Assembly (NCBI RefSeq): GCF_006345805.1 | Contig: NC_043015.1 | Coordinates: forward strand, 36,580,001-36,644,000 | Source of the DNA: Octopus sinensis | Taxonomy: Eukaryota | Length of the DNA: 64,000 bases | Reading direction: 5' to 3' | Shown here: in pieces, positions 39,739 to 54,945 of the stretch | Layout of the letters: every line of letters begins with the position of its first letter | Numbering within the stretch: position 1 is the stretch's first letter | The notes under the pieces: generated by a model | Databases searched by the model: none | What the model was told of the DNA's origin: nothing | Seen by the model: the letters and a program-made list of their open reading frames with translations, nothing else | Position numbers and translations under genes: made by a program

Positions 39739-41170
39739 ATATACAAGCATACATACATATAAGGACATAAATTCCAGTATATCGATCTGTTTATCAACAT
39801 ATAAGAGTATGTCTGTGTGTGAGTGCGCATGCGTGTTTCTGATCGTACATCTCATTGTGTGACTGATATACGAAGTATCGCCAGTTTATATCAATTTTTC
39901 AGAAAGTAGTCGAGTAGAAACCAGAAGCCTATAGAATCTGGAGACGCCAGATAGCGCTAGCGTAACGTGAAGCATAAATATGTAAATTAAATATTTTATA
40001 TACAGATTTTAGCTACAGATAATTGAAAATGTATTGAAAATAGGCAACAGAAAGGATATGAATTCGATAGAAATTTGTTTTGACGCATAGATTTTTAATT
40101 GCTAACTACAAGGACTGATGATCCTATATAAAGAGATACATCAAATGCTTTGCGAAAATTCTTTATTTTGTAACTGTTTTCCTTTTCTTTGTACCACATC
40201 AAAAGTACCGAATTATAAAACACTTCTAAAGGACAACAGAAAGATATCAGATTTTATTTACTTGTTTACATATTTATATATTTATTCATTATTCGAACTC
40301 CCACCCAACCATGAGCCTTTCTTTTCCTCCATTAAGATGCTTTTCTTTATTTGTATATATTTCCTCTACGTTCGAACATTCTTGTAGACATTTCTGCAAC
40401 GAAAAGTGAAAGTTGTAAAATATAAAACATTTTCAGTTTTCACAATGTTTGCGTCGTTGCTTTTTCTTATTTCGATGTTGTCGTATTTTTCATTTGTTTG
40501 TTTGCTTTTTTTTTGTTTTTTCCTACAGTACATATACATTAGCGATTTATCAAATGAATGATATTTTGTGAAGGAGATAACTTTGATAATAAACGACGTA
40601 TCGTATATATTTTCGAAAGAAATGTCACAGGAAACATTTTAAATGTAATACATTATTACAATGGCTCATATATTAAAACAAAAACAGAAAGTTGTTTTTG
40701 AAGCTGCTACATCAAGATATGATATTATCTGGCGAGTAGATTCTTTCTTCATTGCAGACAGACATGTACATAAATATATATATATACAAACAGAAACACA
40801 CACACGCAAGCACGAACTTACACAAAGACATCTGACTGACAACCTACCTACCTACCTACCTACCAACCAACCCACCTACATACCTATATATATATATCCA
40901 TCTATCTACTTGTCTATCTATCTATCAATCTATCTACCTTTTTGTCTGTCTCTCTGTGTGTCTAGATAGACAGACAGATAGAGATGGATAGATAGATAGA
41001 TATATAGATATATATATTTATAGATACACACAACAAAACAAATAAGCAGGTAGATACATAAGCAGGATTATATACATACATATGCGTGTATTTATGTATA
41101 TATGTCTGCATGTGTCTGTATAAATTCAACACACACAAAGTTAGACGAGTATGCTAATTAATGTTTATGT

Positions 41171-41231
<61 letters not shown>

Positions 41232-41263
41232 CATATATGCATATACAAACGTACCTGTATGGT

Positions 41264-41310
<47 letters not shown>

Positions 41311-41364
41311 TATAAGTATACTGAAATGGAAAATATACCATATTTGATGAAATTAAGTTGTAGC

Positions 41365-41395
<31 letters not shown>

Positions 41396-42429
41396 GGTGA
41401 ATGTAAAACAAGACTTTTCCAGTAGACATTTATTGCTTGTCAAAGAAAGGTAATAATGAGTTTTATCTATTTGATTTCTAGTCTACTTAGGCATTCCACG
41501 AGCAGTCGCCTTCGCACCAAAACATCAATAGAAACTTGTTGCATTTTATAGAGAATTTAATCGAAACCTCCAAGTGAAACAAATGATATTGTCTTGCGTA
41601 TTGTCCATATTGTTTTGGCTTTAAATATTTTATGTTGCAACGCTGGGTTGAGAGCTGGAGTTAAAGAAATCGACAGCAGTCGGTATTTCAAGCCTGATGC
41701 GTGTTCTGTAGTTGCAGTAAATACTAAACTGTATAAAACTACTACATTTTTGTATTTACGGTATTTCTATGCTTATCACCGTGAATTATCTTAAACGTCA
41801 CAACCTTTATCAAATATTTTCTACTTTAGGTCTTTTATCACCATCTTCTTCGCTATTTCGTCGACGTTCGTTATTTTCCTGTGTTCGAGATTTTTCTCCT
41901 TTGTTCTATTTTGCTCTCCCTCCTCTCCCGCTCCTCACAAACTTAGATTCTTTCTCAGTTAATGAGGTGACGGCAAACACCCCACTTCAAGTGCTGCTGG
42001 AATGCTTATAATGAAAGTTATTGCACATTTAACCTGACTAATTTCACTTACTAGTGTACGATGGTTAAGCTGTGGAACAATTTGCTCTGCTCCTTGCGAT
42101 GATACAAACAACCGGTGGTAATAAGACCCGAGGAAAAGCTAAACAATATTGCTGTGTGTTACTTGTTACGGCCAAGCGGGAGTCAACTGCAATTTATAGA
42201 GTAATTCTAACAAGGAGTCGATTGACTTACAATTTTTGAAATCACACTCGATATTCATATGTTTTGGCTTGTTCACTAAGATCTTACAATCAAAAATACT
42301 GGGATACTTGTTTTCTAGAGTTTCCAGGAATTAACAAACACTTCAAACTTATTAAAGATTAGAAATTCAAAAAATGCTTACTCGTGAATGCCAGAAAATC
42401 TCTCGTAAGGACATTAGAATGTTATCAAT

Positions 42430-43020
42430 TATTTCCGAATAGGTAGTTTGGAACTAATTTGTGCACCTCTGACTCTTTTTCTAGAAGGAGGATCGGACTC
42501 ATCTGACTGTTCAATTGCGAAGAATGTTTTCATAATGTTTGTCCTTTTGATTACCTTCAAGGAAATGAATGAAGCCATTTAGTTTACTCTGACTTTGCTT
42601 TATGTTGAGTAGCTTACACTGAAGAATGGGAAAGATTTTCGAGCCTGAGAAAGTATGTTATGAAAGTAATTAATAAAAAACATAAATGTGAAATCATTCA
42701 ACTTTGCCAATGGATTGTCCTTTTGACAAAGTGTATCTTCATCCCTAAACCCTAGAATATCTGTGAAGGTATTCTTCAAGTTTTCATGCAATAGTTTTAT
42801 GGATGACACAGTTCTTGATCTATAGCACCATCTTGTTTCGCACAAAGTTAGAATACTGACATTAAACTGCCTGAAAACATTTTTCTGCTTGTACTTCAAG
42901 ATGTAAATTTTTTTAAATGCGCAAAATGAGAAAAAAGCATTTTTACTCAACTCACCTTCTCGGCACTTTTACTCAAGACTGGAATTTTTCATAGATTGGA
43001 ATTTAAATTCTAATCTCTAT
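42430..43020 (-). mobile_element. Decayed hAT transposase (ZMYM1/Tip100-like)
   Basis: ORF 42600-42950 reads LTLCETRWCYRSRTV..LAKLNDFTFMFFINYFHNILSQ, matching the hAT TRW motif and the following helix pattern. Confidence 0.7.
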
Positions 43021-43654
43021 AGAAATTTATTGTTTCAAGAAAATATTGAAGTTGAATTACTTTTAATTTTTACAATTATAGATAATGACTCGGGCTGTAA
43101 CTCCTGAACCAGGGTCAAGTGCGTGTGAATGATGTCGAGAGAATGCTACGAAGGATATTTTTTGACACAGGCAACTTCTAAGACGACCTCCAAACGCTTA
43201 AGGAACATAAATGAACTGCGACCAGGTTCAATAAAAGGAAACCGAGTTATTGGCTGCAATTACATACTTGAAATCAGTGCGAGCTCAATTTAAATCCCGT
43301 TCACTTTTCGGTAGCTCTATGGTATAACTCCAGGGACGTAGGCATTAATGTTTCTTTATTGTAGACTCATTTTCCGATCCTGTCTTCAGATTTACCGTTT
43401 CATGAAGAAGTAAGTTAAACAGATTCCTTTCTGTTTGCGCTTCTCGCTGCTATGTAAATCCTTGTGGTATTTGAAATAAAAAATTGTCTTAGATATTTGG
43501 TATCAGACATTTCATGGTTTTGTCCTTGAACAAATAGATGTCTACTTCTTGAATATTCCATGCATTTTGGTACGATTTTGAAGACGGTATGTGCTTTTGA
43601 AACCAACGCAGATGCAGTAGTGTTCATGGTTAGTTACGCAACAGTCAACACGTG

Positions 43655-44370
43655 CATAAAATATATCTTGATTTCCCAAGTCCTTCAACAAAGTCGATCA
43701 CAAGATGAACAACAGCGTAACTTTGATACCGTTGAAAAACTTTGGGAGGAGCTGCATGACTTTTTAAATGACACGTGTCAGACTGTTGAAGCCAATGGTA
43801 CTCTCTCTCTCCCTCCCCCATCTCTCTCTCTGAAGAGGCTTCAATCATAAGGTGAGGCTCTGAGGGAACTATTGCGGGACCATAACCATTTATGGCAGTC
43901 TCTCTTACCTGCACTCAGACATAGTATGCGACTCTCACCATACAAAAGCACGACAAACAGTCATGAATCCTAATGTTACCTCAAAAATACAGAAATAATT
44001 GAGCACCGTATTCAAGTGGGATAAAGGAAAAAACATGAAGTTCAAAGCTGAGAAATTTCAATAGCACCAGTAATGACCCAGACACAGCCTGCAATCTGAA
44101 TACACAAGAACAGTGGAGATTGTAATTTTAGAGTTCAAATGAGTGTGTAATATGGGAATCCACTTGAGTGGTGAGACATCACCCCTTGTGCATATTATTA
44201 AGACAACTAATAGGTTCAATTCTGAGATCAATCACAAAAGAGGAAAAGTAAACCATTGGCATCAGGTGCTTGGATTACTGCTCCCAGATATGATCGTCTG
44301 TATTCCTTGGAAATATATCGCAAACACTTTCGGGAAGTCAAGCACCCAACTTTGGGATCCAAACTCAAAT
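43655..44370 (+). mobile_element. Decayed CR1/L2-type LINE reverse transcriptase
   Basis: IYLDF/SFNKVDH, ELHDFLNDTCQTVEANGTLS, EGTIAGP, LSTVFKWDKGKNMKFKAEKFQ and VCNMGIHLS occur in RT-domain order with frameshifts. Confidence 0.8.
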
Positions 44371-44809
44371 CACTGAACTTTTTCCACTGAATTGAAGCAA
44401 ACATCCCACGTTTTTCATCCAAATAATACTATACCTGTGTAGGGTTCAAAGGTAAACAGGGCCTTAACCCATCGTTTTCAACAAGATACGTGCTGAATTA
44501 AAAAATATTTAACTGCTATTTCAAGCGAGTTGACGAAAATTTCTTTCTCATCCCTGGTTTCAACCGATCTCAATTTATGCATTTGGTTTAAAATATGTAA
44601 ATATATTCCAATAGATAATGCATCGATGTGAATGTTGAAAGAGAAAAAAAAATTGGTTAAAACATGTCTGCTGTGAGGCGAAACTATGGAAGAATTAAAG
44701 GAACAAAAACAAGCAAGAAAATCGAAACTACATATCAACGACTTCAATCGATATTAGAATTGGTTTTATTTATTTATCATTTTTTTTATTGGTGCAGAAG
44801 TTGCTAACC

Positions 44810-45420
<611 letters not shown>

Positions 45421-45750
45421 AACATTAGCGATATTTCCAGTCAACGGAAATGGACAAAACAACAGGAAACAATTTCCAAGAAAATTATAAAACGAAAATA
45501 CAAATATATATTTAGTAAAAACAAATTTTGCGATATATACATACACATAGGAGAAAATCATACATTCACACACACACACACAGACACACACACACACACA
45601 CGTGCGCGCGCATACATTCTGACTCTTACTGTATCTATGTGCGCGTATGTGTAAATATGGATGTGTGTGCTTTATATATCTATACACATACGCATACACG
45701 TTTGTGTGTCTCTCTCTCACTCTCTCTTTATATATACATATATACATATG

Positions 45751-45799
<49 letters not shown>

Positions 45800-45824
45800 A
45801 TGTATATATATAGATATATATATA

Positions 45825-45867
<43 letters not shown>

Positions 45868-45902
45868 TATACATAATATATATATATATATATGTATGTG
45901 TG

Positions 45903-45970
<68 letters not shown>

Positions 45971-45982
45971 AAATACATATAT

Positions 45983-46105
45983 AGGTGCGGCCGTGGTCGT
46001 GTTGTAGGGAGCTTGCTTTTCTAAACACATGATTACGGGTTCAATACACTGTAACAGTAAGAGATTTTTTTAAATATGACCTCGGCTCGTCCAAAGTCTT
46101 GCAGC
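45983..46105 (+). mobile_element. SINE family B head fragment
   Basis: aggtgcggccgtggtcgtgttgtagggagcttgcttttctaaacacatgattacgggttcaa resembles the reverse complement of 63300-63365. Confidence 0.55.
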
Positions 46106-46224
46106 CTGTACATGCTGTGTGTGTGTCTGTATGTGTATCATTACTGCTGTCATCCAATACATGTGTAACTTAAGGATATACAATGCAAGGTGGGGGGTGA
46201 AAGCAAAACAATAACCATGTCTAG

Positions 46225-46225
46225 A

Positions 46226-46275
<50 letters not shown>

Positions 46276-46292
46276 ACTACTACTACTACTAC

Positions 46293-46329
<37 letters not shown>

Positions 46330-46500
46330 AATAATCTTATTTATATCAATTATGATGATGACTGGTGTTAACATCAACATTAACAATAAAATAGAAGAGG
46401 ATAAAACACCAGTATTATTATTAGTATTAGTATTAGTAGTAGTAGAGGTGGTGGTGGTGATGGTGATGGTAATAATAATTAGGATGAGGATAACAATACC
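46225..46500. repeat. (ACT)n/(AAT)n compound microsatellite
   Basis: Direct reading. Confidence 0.9.
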
Positions 46501-46879
46501 AATAATAATTGATAGGAACAATGAGAAGCCTTTTTTCCCCGTTGCACATTTCTTTCCATAATATTCGCCATAGTTATCTGTGTTGCTTTAGGATTGAATT
46601 AGATTAAATATATTATTAAATTAGCCATCTTTTACATAAAATAAACAAGAAGACCGAAATGGCGGCGATAAAAAATAATTCCGAATTATTCTTTTGAATT
46701 CCTTTCTGTTGAAATGAGCTTTAAACATTTGTTTTGTTTTCTTTTCTTGTTTTTATTTCTTTTCTTCTTTGATAATTTTTATTGTTTTTCATGTTTTAAT
46801 TATTCGCCAGCGTTGCTGTAGTTATCTTTCTCTTCTCACTTTCTATATCTCTCTCTCAGTCTCACTCTTTCTGTGTGAG

Positions 46880-46926
<47 letters not shown>

Positions 46927-47259
46927 ATTTCGTGCGTGTGTATGCATGTGTGACGTGAGGTGTATGTGTGTGCATGTGTATGTGGGTCTGCGCGTGCTTT
47001 TTTTTCTTTTACTTAAGTGTAGGAGTGTGGATATTCGTATTTATTTATTTAATTACAGTTTTGTTTATACATACATCCATACATACACACACACATACAC
47101 ACACATGTATTTATATATATATGTGTGTATTTATGTATGTATATGTATCTTGCTAAAAGCAATACCATGCATATATTTCATTTTTTTTCTGTTATAGGGT
47201 TACAATGTGATTTAACTATGTCGATAATCGATAGAATATATATATTATATGTATATATT

Positions 47260-47367
<108 letters not shown>

Positions 47368-48097
47368 CATTTGTATGTATGTATGCAAGCATGTATGTAA
47401 AGACACATATATCTGTGCTTGGTTTCTGTGAATTTAGATATAAAAGAGTGAACATGATATGGAAGGATCATTCAATACTTTTAGTTCTTATACCATATTT
47501 GTTGATTTTCGATAGTGACTTCGAAGTTCACCTTATTTTTCACCATTACACTAAAACACTTTTGTTCTTCAAAACCAATATTTAAATATATGCAGATATG
47601 TATATATGTATGCATTATATACATATCTCTCTCCTCCCCCTCTCTCTCTATCTATCTATCTATCAATCTGTATATTAATCTATCACTTTATGTATATGTA
47701 CGTATATGTATATAAGTGTGCGTGTTTATATATATGAACATATACACATATATCTATTTAACTATCGATCGATCGATCGATCGGTCTATGTGTCTGTCAA
47801 TGAATGTTTGGTTTTGTGCTGTAATGGAAACAATTTTGCCTTAAATTGAAAGATTATTCAATACACGATTATGATTTCGCTACAAGAATATTATTGGCTC
47901 ACTAGAACGGCGCGACTACCGACTCCTTATACATATATGTGTGTATGTTGTGTGTCTCTGTTTATATAAGAATATATATATATGCATATGTATATATGTA
48001 TGTATAGTTGAAATTTACAGAACCACAAAAGACGAAGACATTTGTATAAGCACAACAAGCAGGAGTATTTGTTTGACGCTCGGGAAGATAAGAAAGT

Positions 48098-48133
48098 CTT
48101 TTACGTTTCGAGGCTACGGCCTCTAACAGAAAG
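48098..48133 (-). ncRNA. Minimal hammerhead-like motif with degenerate 5' core
   Basis: cttt CTGTTA gaggc-cgta-gcctc GAAA cg TA aaag. Perfect stem II and ACGT palindromic stem III; the CUGANGA box is altered. Confidence 0.45.
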
Positions 48134-48302
48134 GAGCACGGGGAAATAAACAGAGAGAGAATATATAGATGTGTGTATGTGTGTGTGTGGGTGTGTGTGT
48201 GTGTACATACATATATATATATATTTCTTCTTTTACTCGTTTCTGCCATGCGACTGCGGTCATGCGAATGAGGAGTCCAACGTAGGTCATATATTAGCGT
48301 AC

Positions 48303-48539
48303 GTATGTATAAAAAATTAACAGAATGAGGTAAAGATCCAATGCTATAAAAGACTTCAGAACATTTATAAAGAGAAGGTCTTACAGCAGTTTCCGGGATA
48401 TTGTATATATCCCTTCACCGTCTCCGATGAAGGATTATATAAAATATCCCGGGAACAGCTGTAAGACCTCTTTATAAACATTCTGAAATCTTTCACAGTC
48501 TTGGATCTTTATCTCATTCTGTTAATTTTATATACATAC
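48303..48539. mobile_element. Fold-back element with HHR-like motifs in both polarities (family H1)
   Basis: Arms gtatgtata..aattaacagaatgag and ctcattctgttaatt..tatacatac. Plus motif gtct CCGATGA agga..atatccc g GGAA cagctg TA agac at 48420-48467; inverted copy at 48378-48424. Confidence 0.8.
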
Positions 48540-48562
48540 ATACATATATATATAGGCATGTG

Positions 48563-48755
48563 TGTATGTATGTATGTATGTATGTATGTACGTATGTACG
48601 TACGTATGTATGTATGTATGTATGTACGTATGTACGTATGTATGTATGTATGTATGTATGTATGTATGTATGTATGTATGTATGTATGTACGTATGTATG
48701 TATGTATGTATGTATGTACGTATGTATGTATGTATGTATGTATGTATGTACGTAT
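48563..48755. repeat. (TATG)n microsatellite
   Basis: Direct reading. Confidence 0.95.
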
Positions 48756-51279
48756 GTGTGTATTTATGTATATATTAATGTATGTAGTGTTTTAACATTT
48801 CGTCCATTTTGCAATTTTGATTAAAGTACGTTTGTCGGGATTAGTTCTGAAATTATTATCTAAACATAGCTGTTAAATATCCAAGGTTTCTATATTTTGT
48901 TCAGTTTCAATTCATTTCAACATGTTGAATATTACTCCGCTGTACATAAAACGTTGATGGTGTAATGTGTACAGAATGTTTGCTATGCTGAATGGATTCT
49001 TGCTGAAGTCTTTGTAGTCACAGAAAGAAGAGCCATGACAAAATCAGCAGATGTCAGGTTGGATGGATTTGACAAAAGATTTACAAGATTAATTATCCAA
49101 TCAAATAATCAATACTGCTTGACTTTATTCGTTGCATCAATATTTAAAAAAGTACAGGGGCAAATATACACAGATGTTTGCGTGCGCGAAGACACACACG
49201 AACACAGGTTCACATATTGAAGAAAATGGTGCAGACCAGCTTGGTGCAAAATCAGTTTGAAATATTGAAAAGACCCGTGTGATTTCCGAAATACTCGCCA
49301 AATATTTGGACGCTAATCCCATGGGCATAAATCCATTTACGTAGTCTCCATTCTTTGACTACAGTGTGACATACGCGCGCGCGCTCACACTAACATCAAG
49401 GTAGAAACACTCATACACAGACACAATGACACACTCACGAGTATCTTCAATTGATGGAAAATAAATCTTGTTTTGATCTCAGCAAAGGTAAAAAGGTTTT
49501 GACTATTCTATTTAATTTTAAAAGCGACGTCTCTACCCACAGTCTATATATATCTCCAACATAAAAGAGGGTTAACACTCTCAGCCAGCATTTTTGAAAA
49601 GTTGTTAATATTGCTTAACTGCAACAGTCCGTGCGAAACCGACGGTAACATCATGATCAGTTGTATGCCGTAACCACTACTATAGTGATCGACAGTATAT
49701 ATATATACACGCACACAAACATCTACACATATACACAAACACACTCAAACACATACACACACATATTTCTATTTTCTAACGATTCAGAAAAAAAAAACGT
49801 TTGTGACACAATAGAAACACGTAATACGGGTCTACTCGATCAAAGCTGATATGGAACTTAAACCAACACCAATACGAAATCGGTGATAAGGAGCATAACG
49901 TTCCTTTGGAAGAAATATTTCTAAAGTGAATTGTAGACGGAAAATTAATGCTGCCTTTCTATTTCTTAGATGCTGCCTTTATATTGCTTAGATGCTAACG
50001 CGATCATATTCATCGGAATATTTAAGATCTAAAGAAAGGAAGGTTAAATTTAAATTTCCCTTTGTGACACATAAACAGTCTTCACTTTAGTTTATATTTA
50101 AAATTGAATTGAAAGAAAAAAATTTATTCCTAAGATTGAAAAACAAAATATCACTTTATCTAGGAAAGACATTTCTTCTTTCAACATTTTTTCTCTCTTT
50201 TTTCTCTCCGAAGACTATAAAGAATTAGATAAGACATTATTTAGGAATAAATAAATAACTAGTTTATCGTTACAAACGAAAGAAATCATAACAGAATTAA
50301 ACAAAAGTTAAAAGGGAATACTAAGATATAAACAGAATATATATATATATAAGTTTATATATACAAACATACATACGTATAGTCATATACATATAAAGAA
50401 ATACAATCACAAACTAAAAGAACAAACCATACAAATACATTGACAGCAAAAGCCAAAGCGACATCAACAATAACAACAACAATTACAATAGTAATCATGA
50501 GAGCAACAGCAACAAAGACAGTACTACTAAGATGGAGATAGTTATGATAATAAGATTTATAAAGAAAAAACTGTATAAACAAAAGTATTTCCAGCCGCGA
50601 TTCTCTGGAAATAGACCCCAAGATAAAAGACCTCTGCAATCTACACACTGAAGAGAGAACTGTTAGCAAAAACTACAACAGCAACAGCACCTGCAACCCA
50701 GCCACCCGTATATAATGATGACTGATACTTAGGTTTTTTTTTTTCTTTTTCACTGAAAGACGGAATTTTTAAACATTTCGCCATTCTGCTGTTTTTTCTT
50801 GTTTTCCTTTCATCCATTCACATAAAACTTTATCTGCAAACACTCTCTTTTATTTTCCCATTGTTTCTTCTTTAACTCCAAGATGTCTTTCACAACTTCT
50901 TTGCTTCTTTCGTCCTGCTTTCTTTCATTTTGTTTTTTTTACAGCTTTTTATTTTGTTCTTCACTCATAGTGGTGTGCTTTTCATTTTCCTTCACTCACT
51001 CACTCACACACTCACCCATTTACCCATCTGTTCATCCCGACTCTTTCCATCTTTGTCTCTCTCTCTCTCTCATTCTGTCAATCTCACCGTTGCCTCTTTC
51101 CTTTCTCTTTGCTCATTAGATATTTCTGCACGTATTCGACTTTCATAACACAACTTTCGTCCCTGTGTCGCTTTTCTCCACCTTCACAGTACACATGTCC
51201 TTATTTTTCTTCTACATCTCTTATAAATTTATCTTCTTCTTTAAACCATCGCCTTTAATATTACTATAATAATTATTAT

Positions 51280-51755
51280 TATTGAGTGAGAGAGCAATGG
51301 ATGCCTTCAAAGTGACTCTGTGGTAAAATATACGAAGCCCACTTTACCCTTCATGAATACAAGTCTAATGAGGATACACCAACTACATGCATCGCAACCA
51401 TATCTCCATAAAACGGTGATTTCATATCAAGATTAACTTCGCATGTTCTTGTAGGAAGGGCCTATTTAGAATTTTTTTCAGTTCGAGTTGACCATCCAGC
51501 TCAAAAGGTCCCAGAGTAAGGTTTGCTTGAGGATGTTGAACGATTAACCCACGTTTCCAGAGGTGAATTATCCAAATCCCAAAGAATTCCTCTCAAAACA
51601 TGGATATGATGCTCCCTCACTATTTCCCCTCATGTTCAGAGATGCACTTCTCTTCAGCCGCTAAAGGTCATGCTCAACTGTTTAAGGCCAAACAACTGAC
51701 AAGCAAATCTGTGGTATTGAACAGAATATTTGCTGTAGCCCACCTTTTATACCAT
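51280..51755. mobile_element. Interspersed repeat (unclassified retroposon-like), flanked by (TAT)n
   Basis: Shares both ends with 24285-24420. Confidence 0.55.
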
Positions 51756-51799
51756 CTCGTTATTCAGTGCGGAGACAACACCGCCTCCGAATTCTCTGA

Positions 51800-51830
51800 A
51801 CTATTATTATCATCATCTTCATCATCATCA

Positions 51831-51929
<99 letters not shown>

Positions 51930-51930
51930 G
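51800..51930. repeat. (TAT)n microsatellite
   Basis: Direct reading. Confidence 0.95.
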
Positions 51931-52095
51931 GACTATATAGGACCGAGATAACTTAACTTGTGTTAAAGATGAAGTAGACTGAAACGTGGTTTTTGAACCT
52001 GTGGAAGGCAACGCTGGATGCCGAAATATCGTTCAAACAATTTCACGTGATATGGCACTCTTCGATTTATTTTTATTTATTCCTATTACTATTAC

Positions 52096-52149
<54 letters not shown>

Positions 52150-52159
52150 ACTGAATTGA

Positions 52160-52580
52160 TTTGGTAGGTCGTCAGGAAAAAAGTGTTGCGTTGTGTATCT
52201 TCTTGGCTTTTAATTCTGAGTTCAAACCTCGCCACAGTCAACTATGCTTTTCTTCCCGCGTTGTTCAATTGCATGACACCAGCCAAATAGTCGTCTCCAT
52301 GGGATCTACAAATTCCATCCCCTCAAATCTTCTGGATTTTGCATACATCAGACACCATTTTTCTCATTGCCATTTGAAAACGTGTTAGCGCGTCGAACAA
52401 AAAGCTTGGCATCATTCTTTTCTACGCTTTACTCTTTGAGATCAAGTTCCTCCGAAGTAAATTTTCCCCTTTTTCGTTTAGGGTCCATAAAATGCTGAAC
52501 CCTTTTACTCGTAGGATCGATTTAATCGAACATCACATTCCCTTAAATATAAAGCTTTGTGTCTCTATTAGAAGCCAACA
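52160..52580 (+). mobile_element. Two tandem degenerate SINE family A copies
   Basis: ttctgagttcaaacctcgccacagtcaac and gttagcgcgtcgaacaaaaagctt..tttgagatcaagttcctccgaagt..ggatcgatttaatcga. Confidence 0.5.
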
Positions 52581-52599
52581 TTCTTCTTGTTCTTGTTTT

Positions 52600-52777
52600 T
52601 GTTGCTGTTGTTGTTGTTCTCCTTGTTGTTGTTGTTGTTGTTCTTCTTCTTCTTCTTCTTCTTCTTCTTCTTCTTCTTCTTCTTCTTCTTCTTCTTCTTC
52701 ATTTTCCTCTTTTTTGTATGCTTCTTCTTGTAGTATCATAATCATCCTCTTAATAATAATAATAATAATAATAATAA

Positions 52778-52819
<42 letters not shown>

Positions 52820-52820
52820 C

Positions 52821-52870
<50 letters not shown>

Positions 52871-52871
52871 C

Positions 52872-52905
<34 letters not shown>

Positions 52906-52930
52906 ATAATAATAATAATAACAACAACAA
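52600..52930. repeat. Compound (TGT)(TCT)(AAT)(AGT) microsatellite
   Basis: Direct reading. Confidence 0.95.
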
Positions 52931-53599
52931 TAAATGATTCTCGTACTTATTCTTCGTTGGTTTTGTTATGTGTCCCGCCACCAAGCCAATCTGCCCCCCT
53001 CATCCCAGTCTATTGCTATCGTTTCCTTATCACTTCTGAACAATTTCGTGTTTATGCTTCTACAACCCCCGTTTGACCCTCGTCTCTCAGAAAAAAAAAT
53101 AATAAAAGGAAGACACAACGCCGTCTTATCAAGCTGCCACTGACACAATGTAGGCCTCTGTCTCTATCAGCCTACAACATATTCAGATACGCGCTTATCG
53201 CCGCCATGTTTGCTCTGTCATAATAATGAAAGATTTTTCCTGAACATAACTTCAGAACATTCATAGATAATCGTTCATTTGCTTATCCTGAAATGAATGC
53301 TACAATAAGAAAGACAACTGCAAGCAAAACAACATTAAATGTGTAAATGATATCTATCAGACAAAAACAAAAAAAAATACAAAGAGAAGAGTCAGAAGAT
53401 AAACAAAAATGACAGCAACAAGAACGGCTGGAATAACCAAGTACAATAATAACAACAACTATGGCAGCGAGAAACCAATAAGCGATCGCAACGGTAACAA
53501 CAACACGTACAACAACAACAACGAAGACAGCAAAAATGACTGTCATAACATCGAGAACAATAAAATGTATATTTCCATCGACAATGACAAAAAGTATAT

Positions 53600-53683
53600 T
53601 ACATCATCATCATCATCCTCATCATTGTCTTCATCCTCATCATAATCATCATAATCATCATCATCATCATTCTCCCCATCCTC

Positions 53684-53724
<41 letters not shown>

Positions 53725-53770
53725 TCTCATCATCATCTTCATCATTATCATCAACAATAACATCATCATG
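53600..53770. repeat. (CAT)n tract
   Basis: Direct reading. Confidence 0.9.
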
Positions 53771-54689
53771 ATCACCAAGGCGAAATACCTAAACATCAGA
53801 AAACAGTAGTGTGAAGGACCAACGAGTGATACTTTAATCCCAGGATCACATTGCTAGAAGTGACAGCCAAATTTACTGTATGTAAGGCATAAAACATTGC
53901 ATATTGTAAAAGATGGTGCCAAGTTCCCAGCAGATAAGGAATAGGAGGGAGGTGGCATTGCCACGGTTGGAATGTTTATGACGCCTATTTTAATAAGCCA
54001 ATTCGATCGTGTCTGATTCCAAGTTAAACAATCAAATTGATTGCGTAAACATCAACAGCAGCAACAACAGCAACAACAATATTGTCAAACGTTCGTTTCT
54101 AGATGGCAGATTGTCCAGGATAAATTTGAACCATTGAAAAGAGAAATCAAATTTGCTGCAAACGTACGCCAGTGATGTAGCATAAGAAGAACACTTTAAA
54201 TACAATAACTGAAATTTAAAAAATAAAACGTGTGAAGTTCAAAGTATAGCGGTGCATTTGACCATAAGTTTGGTCTGTCCAGATTGAGCTAAGACCACAG
54301 TAACAGCAAATGGAGGAACAGGTGTACACCAATATTTTACCTTGAAATAGTCCAAAAAGTGATTTTCTTTTTTTTTTGAGGCCGAAGACAGCACCGTGTC
54401 CTACGTTCCCATGGCGTATAAATGAGCGGAATTAATAGAATACTTTGAAAGGAACGACGGACCGTTGCAGGTTTCAAAGCAAGCAATTTTTGAAGGGAGG
54501 GCATTAATCGATGATGCCGTCCCTTGTACTTAACAGGTAACGTTGTTTTTATCCTGAAGCGATGAAAGACATAACTGAGTACAGCGTGATGTAATTCCAA
54601 GCGTAAAGCGCCGAAAGATATGTACCTAAGCATTTTATCCGATGCACAAATAATTCTGTCACCTTAAAGACATTTTCCCCTAGTACATT

Positions 54690-54900
54690 TGTCTTTCTTG
54701 TTCCAGTCATTAGACTAAAGCCATTCTGGAGCAGCGCCCTCAATGGGTTGGAGTCGAATGAGAAGACGTCAGTACATATCAGTTTGTTTGAAAGCCTTCT
54801 ATTCATTCTATCGCCCCGATTTTCCAAACTGCTAGGTTACGCGTACGTAAACGCTTCAACACCGGTCGTCAAGCGGTGAAGGAGTTACATACAGAGAAAA
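54690..54900 (-). mobile_element. SINE family B 3' half
   Basis: cttgttccagtcattagact..ctggagcagcgcc..actgctaggttacgcgtacgtaaac..caacaccggtcgtcaagcggtg. Confidence 0.65.
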
Positions 54901-54905
54901 AAATT

Positions 54906-54945
<40 letters not shown>

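Noticed and set aside
40113-40165. CTGATGA followed by GAAA
   Set aside because: No stem II or stem I complementarity.
43355-43395. Minus-strand CTGAAGA..GAAA..TC
   Set aside because: No helices form.
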